Of a stretch of DNA of 64,000 nt, positions 53,901 through 64,000 are shown one piece after another; the stretch's first letter is position 1, and every line of letters begins with the position of its first letter. The notes beneath the pieces are model-generated. The model saw only the letters and a program-made list of their open reading frames with translations, was not told where the DNA came from and made no database searches. The position numbers and the translations under genes are program-made. The DNA lies in assembly GCF_963676685.1 (NCBI RefSeq), contig NC_092353.1:29140001-29204000 (forward strand). Reading direction: 5' to 3'. Origin of the DNA: Mytilus edulis. Taxonomy: Eukaryota.

Positions 53901-56900
53901 TTTAAGGTGATCTCGTGTCAATGCGTAGAATATAAATAAATATTATTTCAATGTGAAATTTGTTATATGATTATTTACACAAAATGGTAGAATTGTTTTC
54001 AACAATTTTTTAAAAGTTCCTAATCAATTTTAATTCAACGTTATTGGCACAGTAATGTTTAAATTCACCGTACTAAAGGTAGTAAGAGTGCTGTATTGGT
54101 CAATAATCATAAAGTCGGAAGGAGTGCAACTTCTATCAGTCACAAGTCTTCACAACGTTGAATATACAACTCATGTTTAACTTTGACAAGAATTAAGAAA
54201 AGGAGTAGTACCCCTTAGGTAGCGATATAATAATCATTTTGATAATTATAATGATGATGCATTCTTTATTTTTCAGAGAGTAAACTAAAGTGTCAATTTC
54301 TGGAATCAATTTATGTATTACTGAAAAATTATTACACCAGGGTTTTCGATATCACAAACTAGTCAAAACATTTACTAAATTTTATCATTGGTATAAGGAC
54401 AGCATTCGTAAAGAAAGCTCAACATGCAGACTTCTTATACGTTCAGGTATTTCACATCCAATGTTTTATTGAAATATTCTTTATAAAATGTCAGTAGTCA
54501 CATTAGAAGCTAACAAAACCTTTAAATAGACTTATAAAGAAGAGTTATAGTTACGATACTATTATCAGGTCATTAAAGATTGCATATTTTGGCGTTAATA
54601 TTGATTCACTTATTGAGTCTTTGCATCGGAACTAAACACATTAATTTAAAAACCATTGTTTGGCATGACACGGGCTATGTTCTTTTCATATATGTTATGA
54701 TGGTATGTTACTAAACTCCTAATGGGAAGGATTGTGCCTGATATTCATATGATGAAGACATAATATTTCAATCAGTTTAATTGAAGTCTGGAGCTGTCAT
54801 GTCAGTTAACTGCTAGTAGTCTGTTGTTATTTATGTATTTTTGTCATTTTGTTTATGTTCTTTGCTTACATCTTTTGACATCAGACTCGGATTTCTCTTG
54901 TACTGAATCTTAATGTGCGTATTGTTATGCGTTTACTTTTCTACATTGGCTAGAGGAAAGGAGGGTTGAGATCTCATAAACATGTTTAACCCCGCTGAAT
55001 TTTTGCGCCTGTCCCAAGTCAGGAGGCTCTGGCCTTTGTTAGTCTTGTATTAAGTTTGATATTAGTTTCTTTTGTACAATTTGAAGTTTAGTATGGCGTT
55101 CATTATCACTGAACTAGTATATATATTTGTTTAGGGGCCAGCTGCAGAACGCCTCCGGGTGCGGGAATTTCTCGCTGCATTCAAGACCTTTTGGTGACCT
55201 TCTGCTGTTGTCTGTTCTATGGTCTGGTTGTTGTCTCTTTGACACATTCCCCATTTCCATTCTCAATTTTATATGATATATGTAACAAACAAAATCAGAC
55301 GGAATCAGATGAATACCGAAATGAGCGAAAATGGATGCAACGACAGAGTAAGTGTCTTCTCTATACATCCATCATCCGCTAGGAAAATTCATACCCAGGA
55401 CAAATGTCAAAACCGGGAAAACTGTTTCGGTTCTTATAAATCTTTGGCTTTCAAATAATTGACTTTGCGCTTATAGACTTGACTGATGAAGGTAAATGCA
55501 GACAACGGATGTATGAAATTAACTTTTTGTTTTCATTTTCTACATCTTTTTGTTGACGTCTTGTGGTGACATTTATTTGAAATAACATTGAGTATTGAAT
55601 ATATTACAAATAATTCTTCATTTTCATATTTTTTTTATTGATACATTTTGACTAATGTACTCAATAAACAGAATCTAGTATACAAAAACAAAAAAAATCT
55701 AAAAGAGCCATAAATACGACGTTGTAGTACCTGTTCTACAAACGTTCTTAAATATAACAATGTAGTAGTTGTAATCTTGACGATTGGAATGGAATTTGGA
55801 ATCATACATACCTAATGGCTTTGTTTGCACATGATATCTACTTGTTGTTAGTGACGGGTTTGGTGTTGCTTTCATCTGATAATCATTGTTACACACATTT
55901 TCATCGCAACATAATAAGTGGCTTGTTGATCTTTTTATACCTTCCTCTCGTCGCCCAATGATTGGCTGTGAGATATACTGCGCATCACATACCTATAAAG
56001 TCAGAATAGTACCTGTACTTGTAGTAAATAGATGGAGTAGAGATCAGGTCAATTTTTACAATCTCTTGAAAATATCACAACAATATACAAGTTTAGGAAC
56101 AATGCCTTAAAAAAAAGTAAGGATAATAGTGCTTAATTAACAATATGCATTTTGTAAGAATTTTATTGAATTGTATATTAATATTGGAAAATGAATCCAC
56201 ATTATGATAGCCAAAGGTTGGCAGACAAATTGCAGTTTGATAGTTGTTGGCAATTCTTTTCAAAGTATTTCATTAGAAATAAGAAAAATCTGAATACGAA
56301 GGACATTTCAACCTGATTTTTGTTGTAATGTGTGAAAAAAAGCATGCTGTTCAATTTATTTACCGTCTCTTATTCCCTTGTTCAAGTTAATGTTCACCAT
56401 TTTAGAAGTCAACCTGTACATAGTTTATGCCATGTGGTCTTAAAAGGTAACAAAGTAGGGTCAATTTTAGCGTGAAACGACGTTTTAGCTTACTACATTT
56501 TGCACAAGTCAGTCTATCTTATCTTTAAAATTCAAAAACATAATGTGCAGTTTGAAGAATTTCTCAAAAATGTGTTTTCTTTGGTCAAAAATAAACCTTA
56601 ATGCCTCTTCTTTCAACCTCATATATCACAATGAAAGTGCACATCAATTTCTTTCTCGCGTCAAAATATTAAGGAAAACAACGTATGATCTTTTCTGTAT
56701 AAGAGGGGCGAAAGAAACCAAAAGGACAGGCAAACTCATAGATCAAAAATAAACTGACAACGCCATGGTCAAATAAGAAAGAGACAAACAGACAAGTAAT
56801 AGTACACAAAACACAACACAAGAGGCTGTCAAAACGACAGCAAACCGGATTTATTAACATTTATTTGTGTCCTGGCAATATCACAAGAACCATAACTGAT

Positions 56901-59900
56901 GAATGCTGAAAGTGAAAATCGTCAATATCAAATTTGACATCCATTTTGTAGTCAGTATCAACATATTAAAATTTGTAAAGCTTAGATTGAATGGTTCATT
57001 AGTAAATGCAACAACGTGAATGGAAACGCCATTTTACGATCTTTCAAGAACCATAACTCCTGAACGGTAAAAGTCAAAATCGTCATTATTGAACTTGACC
57101 TCTATTTTGTCATCAGTAAAAACATATAAAAATTTCAAAAGCTTTGGTTGAATGGTTTATGAGAAAATGCACGGACACGACTGGAAACACCATTTTTCAA
57201 TCTTTCAAGAACCATAACTCCTGAACGGTAAAAGTCAAAATCGTCATTATTGAACTTGACCTCCATTTTGTCATCAGTAACAATATATTAAAATTTGGGA
57301 AGCTTTGGTAGAACAGTTCATGCGTAAATGCACGGACACGACTGGAAACTCCATTTTTCAATCTTTCAAGAACCATTACTCCTGAACCATAAAAGTCAAA
57401 ATCGTCATTATTGTACTTGACCTCCATTTTGTCATCGGTAACAACATATTAAAATTTGGGAACCTTTGGTTGAACGGTTCATGAGTTAATGCACGAACAA
57501 CATTTGATTGCCGCCCGCCCGGCCGCCCGCCCGGTCGCCCGCCGTACATCCCCAAATCAATAACCGACATTTTTGTCACAAAAATCCGGTTAATAAAAAA
57601 CTAATGACTAAGCAATACGAACCCCGCCAAATACTGGGGTGATCTCACGTGCTCTGAAAGGGTAAGCAGCTCCATGATCCGTCATCCGTGTGTTACATAT
57701 CCGGTAAATAGTCTAATTCGGTAGGTCACATTCGTGAAAAGGGAAGGGGATTGTAGTTACGACATAATGAACATAACCGATATCATCAGTGAAACAATTA
57801 TTCCATAACGTTCAACCCCCTCGTGATGGCGTCCGTAAAATGGTTCATTTGAACTTCACCATTTGCAACTCTTGGTTTAATAGCTTCCTTGTGAGCAGCA
57901 ACCATATATCAAGGACATCATGATAAGAAATACAAGCCCGTGAATATCGTATCAATTTGGAGATAAATACTCCGTATGCAGGCGCTATTGGAATGTTGCT
58001 ACATAGTAATGGAAAGTCACAACTGAGAAGCTGAAATCATCTCTTGTGTCGTAAATGTTTGTTTTCAACCGACATGTAATGTATGCCATGAGTGTGTGAG
58101 TTATGATAAGATTATGTGTGTGCCCTTGAATACGCAAATCAAAAATTATCATGATTCTACCAAATAACAACTTTCAAATTAGTCTGTTAGAAATAATAAT
58201 TGTACTTAGAAATATTTTCTTATATATTTACATCTATACTCAAAATAATTCAATTGCAAAAATCACAAAGAGCCGCGTCTTTAGAGCATGTATGTTGTGT
58301 TTAGATAAAAATTAAGTGTTTAACAATACAGTTTGCTACAAAGTTTAGTTTACATTGCTGGTATAAAACCATTCAAACCGGAAAACCAACAGTATATAGA
58401 TATAGGAAGATGTTGTGTGAGTGCCAATGAGACAACTCTCCATCCAAATAACAATTTTAAAAAAAAGGTAAACCATTATAGGTCAATGTACGGCCTTCAA
58501 CACGGAGCCTTGGCTCACACCGAACAGCAAGCTATAAAGGGCCCCAAAATTACTAGTGTAAAACCATTCAAACGGGGAAACCAACGGTCTAATATAGTAT
58601 ATATAAAAAAGCGAGAAACGAGAAACACTTATATAACCACATCAACAAACGATATCTATTGAACTTTAGGTTCCTAACCATGGTGTATTATAAATATTCA
58701 GATTGATCTTGAGCCGTGTTTCCAGCGGTTTTATTCGTTCTTTATTTGCTTTTTTATTTTATTTTTATTCGAGCGTCACTGATGAGTCTTTTGTAGACGA
58801 TACGCGCGTCGGCGTACATACAAAATTTACAAACGAAGAATTGTTTGCTTTTCAATATGTTGAAAATATAATCATTTTTCAATTATATACATTGCAAATA
58901 CTTATATATATGAATATTTGTAAAAACACACAAAAAATACAATTTATTTCCATATTTGCTTAGTTAATATATACTTACATGCTTTTCCTTACAGCCGCTG
59001 TGATAAAAGTGCTCTCCAAAGTGAAGCTTTTCTTCTGTATAGCAAATCTATTTGAAAAAAAAATCTTGTACAATGATTGGAACAGGATGATGTGACGAAG
59101 TCTACCAAACAAAGTAACCATAACCAAAAAAAAACCTCTTCCTTTTGAGTAACTGAAGAAAAAAAAAGAGTTTAAGATCAAGTTCCTTTTTGACCTTTTT
59201 GTATGCCATTTAATACCGCGGTTATTACCGAAGAACAATATGTCTGTCACTAGCTTTTCTCAAGTTTAAATCATCTAAAGAAAGAAATCGCATAGGGTTC
59301 TATAGTAAACAGCGTCCATTCGTTTGTTGTGGTTGAGCTTTTGATTTGTCATTTGATAAGGGTCCTTCTGTTTGAATTTTCCATTTTTAATTTTACGTAC
59401 TCATCCCTGAAGTTCCATCTTTGTTCTTACTAACTATAATTTTAGACTTTGGCTAGTTAACTCATCATGTTCTCCCCGGGCACCCCATCTTCCTCCCCCT
59501 TTAAATCATTAGAAGTATTAAAAAAAAACTTTACCAATTTAAGAAAATACCTCCATTTATTCAGAGAATACCTCCATTTATTCAGTGTTGCAATAAGGAA
59601 TACAAATAAAAAGTGGTTATTCAAAATTTGAAGGTTGCAAGCATAAAAAATATGGGTTCGTTAAGGGGACATTTAAAAAGTCTAACTGGTATATCATTAG
59701 CTCATGAAATGAAATAAATGTTATTTGGAACAATTAAAATGAAAAGGAATTACATACATTCAGTATACTTCGCCAAACAGCAATTCGAACTCAAATTCAA
59801 CCCGTGCTAGTTCAGTAAACGTCCGCGAGTGCATCAACAATTAAATGTGAAATTGTATACCATCCACAGTTTTAAATCGTTATCATAATATTTTAATAAC

Positions 59901-62900
59901 AATTATTTTCAAAAGAATTTACGTTTTAGTATCAAAGAACTGGAATCACAGTTATCGAGTTTTCCTCATAAAACAGTGTTACAATATCGGCTACGGATAA
60001 CGACGTTGTCATTGTTGTCATCCGGTACTCGATCCCGGGAAAACCATATATATCTTTTTATTATTATTTAAAATACAATCGTAATTAATTTTAAGGGAAT
60101 AAGTGTAAAGGGACTTGTTAGTTTAAACATAATTTATTTGCTGAGTTAAATCGCAATGGATTAGACAAAAGTAAATCATACTTATGAAGTCTTCCCCTAA
60201 TGATTTAGGGGAGTACGATGGAGTGCCCGGCGAGAACCACCAACAATCGGCAGGAAAAATAATAATCAGGACTTGTTATATACTAAGTACCTCAAACTGA
60301 TCACAAAAAGATACTGTATGGCACTCATCTGGTGTTAAGACGCCTTGACAGTTATAACATATACGTCCATTATACTGAGTTTTATCTAAGAACAAAATTA
60401 AATTGAATTGCACATCAATTTTTATTGGTACTATGTATGCTATGAATGGAGATCATGTTGCCAAAAGCATAAAAGATGCGGAATTAGCAAATCTAAGAGT
60501 GCTGTTACTTGAAGCTTTCTTTCTTAGTATATAATCAGTGATAAAAATCAATCTAAACGAAAACTTAAAACTATACTACTGTGTTACTTATCTGTGAATA
60601 TATTTTTGAATTGTTGAAATTTGTCAACAGGTTTGAATGTCTCTTTTGCGTTCTTTTTTTGTAAAATTTGGTGTACATTGTTCAGTAAGTGCATTACCAT
60701 TCGTAAATTTCCACAAATCGGTATCATTAAACATCAATTAAGTCTATCCAAAAAATAGATGTAAAATAATTTCAAATCACAAAAGTGTCGTTTTGAGACA
60801 TTACAATCGTAAATATGAACGCTATCTAAAATGAATTGAATTTCTGCCAATTTCCTCAAATTTTACTAGTTTCGAAATCTTTCATGACTGTAATATTTTC
60901 TTTCGACTCTTATATCTCTTTTCCGTTTTGCTTTTAGTCTATTTATTCGTAGTCATCAACAGAGAATACTAGTTTGTACTAACATGAGCAACACAGCAGG
61001 TGCCCATGAAGAGCAGGATCTGATAATCATTCCGGGGTATCGAAGAGTTTTGGGCGAAGTTCGTATTGCTCAGTCTTTGGTTTTCAATGTTGTGTTTCGT
61101 TTACTATTGTTTGTCTGCTGGCCTTTTTCTTTTTTTGGCCATGGCGCTGTTAGTGTATTTTCGAATTATGAGTTTGAATGTTCTTCTGGTATATTCAAAT
61201 CTTTTTTTTTTTAATTAGCTGCAGCAAAAACTGTATATATAATACACTTTACACAGGGTAAACTCTGCGGCAGCTTTTGACAAATGGGCAAATTTTGCTA
61301 ATGTTCAGTGATTGTCTTTTTTTATGTGGTTCATAAGAGAAAATGAATTCAAACTAATTACAAATGGTCCTCCGCTTTTCAGATTGTGACCATGTGATAC
61401 GAGAAAACATACCTTCTCCACATCCATATGTATTACAAAGATTTGAAGAGCAACATTGGAAACATGCAAGGGAGCTATTAAATTCAGCTGTATTGGTATG
61501 ACATGTCTGTTTATGAAAATATAAAAGTACAGTTAGTAATATTGGAAATTCTTTATTCAGTATGTATTATTTAACTTAAAAGATGCTTTGATAATTGAAT
61601 TCTGAAATCTCTTGATTAACGTTGCTTCTTCTTGTTTTACTTTCGGTGCATCTTTGATAGCTATATGTCGAGATGAATGGGGCATACAAAGGTTTGTTTG
61701 TAAATGTCAGTCTTTGCTTATAAGTCTTTTAGTTGTTTTTAGTTCTTGATATTATGTTATCCAATTCAATATGATGTTCAGTATACATTTAATCTAAATG
61801 GTTTGCAATAAAATAATGTAAATATATCTTTAGATATTGTTTTTATCGATAAAAATACTGATTATAATATCAATGATTGTAAACCAACCTATATATTACT
61901 GAAATACATCTATAACCATTCCTGGTCCTACTTTTTGTCGATACCTATATTTCGGATTTGGAAAAAATTATGTTTTTTCTTTAGTTGTTATTATTAGATT
62001 CATTATAAGTTGGGTTGGGGGTTACATATACCAAAATGGGCAAAAATCGACTACAAACTGACAAGCCATGGCAAACACAAAACAGTTAATCGAAAAGTAA
62101 AAACTAAAAAGTATACAAAACACAAAATAGAAACCCTAAAGACTGAGCAACACAAACACAACCAAGGTGTTGTCATCGTGTGCTCTACAACGGTAAACAG
62201 CTCAACATGAAATTTTGAAGCACCTGTCGTGTTGCTCATATATCTACAAATCCAGTGATGAGTCTTCTTCGATTAGTCAACATATGGAAAAGAGGACATG
62301 ATTGTAGTTACGACGATTGCAACATGTTCGACTTCATCTGTGAAACAGATATTCAATAACGGTCAACCATCTCGTGATGTCGTCTATAAGATTCAGAAAT
62401 GGATGATTTCAACTTCACCATTTGGAACTTTTGATTTATTAGGTTCATTGTGAGCAGCAATCCTCTATCACGGAAATCGTGATAGGAAATGCAAGCTCTA
62501 GTACAACGTATCAACTAGGTTAAAATACACATTTCTTTTATCGTAAGTGTTTGCTTTCAACCGACTTTCATTCTTAATTTCTAGATGTAAGTCACAATAT
62601 GAGACAGACTTAATTGAAATATAGACGTTCTGTTCAAATGTAAAATGAACTCATAAAGCATGGAGATATTTACTTAATCGTTTTAAAATGAAAGGTTAAA
62701 TCTATTCAATATAAACTGATTTTGAATTCAATGAAAATGTATATACTTTTGAATATTTTATATTAAGTATTGCATTAAACGTAGCAGGTAACGTTTTATA
62801 TCATCAATTGTGAAAGACCTTCAGTTATAATTTAGGTGCTTACTAGGGTCTCTATTATAACGTAGTTAACAAAATGCGGTATAGGCTTTGTTCATTGTTG

Positions 62901-63555
62901 TTAACCTTTGAGTCTTTTGGTTTTTTGTGAAATTTTGTCTCGCACAACATCTGCTTTTTTATATTTAATGCAATGAATAAATATTTTATACTCAATTGCT
63001 TGTTTAACGTACTCTTTTACTGTGATCGTCACTATTTTCGCGAATCGTGTTCATCAATTGAATATTCTATAGGAATACCAGTATCCTAATTTACTCACGT
63101 TTGGAGTCATACATCCGCTCTTGTAGATTATCTCCCCTGTTTTGTCCGTTATTCGCTCAACACCACATATCTAGGGGAAATTATCGTATTTATAAGATAA
63201 TGTGGTTCAGTTAATGCCTCAGCTAGACGAGGAATATGAAATTATTCTAAAGACATATTTAACTCTCAATAATCAAGTTTTCTGAATATAAAAAGTGTCA
63301 AATCAAACAAATCATATATTAGTATCACAAAATGAAATGAGACAGTCAGTTACATTTTGTTCCATCGAAAAAGTTACTCAATTCACGTAAGAAATAAAGA
63401 ATGTCTCGCTCGGCTTTGAATATTTGTAAAAAGGACCAAAATCTGTTGTTATAGCACATGTTAGTAAAAAAATATTACCTGATTATCAGAACATTCTTGG
63501 ACGTGTTCACAAAATCGTGGATGTCGAATCCCAGGACAGTTGAAGCATGTTAGAG
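49740..63555 (-). CDS. Gene B: paralog of gene A, 5' exons outside the window; exons 63555-63479, 63170-63099, 61506-61413, 60385-60291, 59047-58979, 55992-55812, 53669-53568, 50965-49740
   Basis: Exon lengths 77, 72, 94, 95, 69, 181 and 102 nt are identical to gene A, with the same phases, GT-AG sites and no stops; all LU and EGF cysteines are conserved. Confidence 0.9.
51515..51708 (+). repeat. Decayed hammerhead repeat copy
   Basis: Flanks match 43145-43335; the core is eroded (CTTATAA..AGACGTAAAGCGCGTC). Confidence 0.65.
51935..52352 (-). mobile_element. Family A Penelope-like 3' fragment
   Basis: Colinear with the 56700-58072 copy, which carries RT thumb sequence. Confidence 0.75.
54300..55272 (+). 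mobile_element. Family B Penelope-like fragment (RT C-terminus plus 3' region)
   Basis: NLCITEKLLHQGFRYHKLVKTFTKFYH resembles the PLE RT thumb end; contiguous with the multi-copy repeat ending CCATTCTCAATTTTAT. Confidence 0.65.
56700..58072 (-). mobile_element. Family A Penelope-like fragment, interrupted by a Helentron-like insertion
   Basis: Minus strand RLKTNIYDTRDDFSF..FPLLCSNIPIAPAYGVFISKLIRYSRAC..LLTRKLLNQ, the YDKRDDF..SNIP..PAYG motif of PLE-type RTs. Confidence 0.75.
56818..57593. mobile_element. Helentron/DINE-like element carrying a 161-bp tandem array
   Basis: ACAAGAG start, inverted AACCGGATTT / AAATCCGGTT, repeats in phase at 57041, 57202 and 57363, CCGC microsatellite and terminal hairpin. 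Confidence 0.75.
58773..58815 (+). ncRNA. Hammerhead ribozyme copy with mutated core (probably inactive)
   Basis: GCGTCA-CTGATGA-GTCTTTTGTAGAC-GATA-CGCGC-GTC-GGCGT: GAAA changed to GATA and one base missing in stem I. Confidence 0.7.
60975..61212 (+). repeat. Diverged family A 3' fragment (others at ~48240-48460 and 48735-48855)
   Basis: ACTAACATGAGCAAC...GAGCAGGATC...GGCCATGGCG...TATGAGTTTGA; reverse complement of the 51935 type. Confidence 0.6.
62025..62520 (-). mobile_element. Diverged family A Penelope-like fragment
   Basis: Colinear with 57600-57960 (GATTGTAGTTACGAC, AACTTCACCATTTG, TTGTGAGCAGCAA). Confidence 0.65.
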
Positions 63556-63825
63556 CTAGCATAAAAATCAGAAACCAATTTGATATATTGAACACGTCGC
63601 ATAAGTAAACTTATAACTTAGAAAAGGAATACATTTGTGTACGTGAGACGTTTCGTGTACACGTGATAATATAACACAGCTGCACGGTTTTGTTTCTTTG
63701 AATAATAAGCAAACTATAATGTTGCCAGAACGGTTCATTTTAAGATATTTACTTTTTACCTGAATTGTCGACAACTTTTAAAAAGAATGATACTAACACT
63801 AAAAACTGCTAAGAGTCTGCAAAGA

Positions 63826-64000
63826 CCAGTTTTTGTGCTCGACCAGTAAAATCGAGCACACATTTTATTCGATTAGTCTCGACATTGTCTCGACAGTACT
63901 TAACTGTACTTAAGTGTACTCAACTAAATACTGTCGAGACATTGTCGAGACTAATCAAGTAAAATTGTGCTTGATTTTACTGGTCGAGCACAAACACTGG
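63826..64000. repeat. Near-perfect palindrome of at least 175 bp (foldback MITE-like)
   Basis: CCAGTTTTTGTGCTCGACCAGTAAAATC...GATTAGTCTCGACA pairs with TGTCGAGACTAATC...GATTTTACTGGTCGAGCACAAACACTGG; may continue past the window edge. Confidence 0.85.

Noticed and set aside
55699-55735. Remnant of the 39-nt mini-exon in gene B (cag|GTTTSYLW)
   Set aside because: Short resemblance only; no donor site and a stop follows.

Overview
AT-rich, intron-containing animal genomic DNA; the repeat families and gene content point to a bivalve mollusc, probably Mytilus (inference). Three genes were assembled by hand from splice sites and are mostly absent from the ORF track. (1) A 3-exon plus-strand gene (7478-11705) encodes an 81-aa secreted peptide with 12 Cys in the mature part, resembling the oyster cvSI / MEROPS I84 protease inhibitors. 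(2, 3) Two tandem minus-strand paralogs, A (complete, 41770-16426, 11 coding exons, 675 aa) and B (5'-incomplete, 63555-49740), share the architecture signal peptide - two Ly6/uPAR (three-finger)-like domains - Ser/Thr/Pro linker - EGF - C-terminal IgGFc-binding (FCGBP N-terminal-type) domain. Mobile DNA fills the rest: a 5'-truncated LINE RT, a full-length disrupted BEL/Pao LTR retrotransposon inside an intron of gene A, a PIF/Harbinger-type element inside the inhibitor gene, Kolobok-like and Tc1 remnants, Helentron-like elements carrying tandem repeats, three families of Penelope-like fragments, minimal type I hammerhead ribozyme repeats (one with an intact core), a palindromic 20-bp satellite and foldback hairpins. 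One assembly gap lies at 47221-47352. No CRISPR array, rRNA or tRNA gene was seen. All family assignments come from motif recognition by eye, not database searches.
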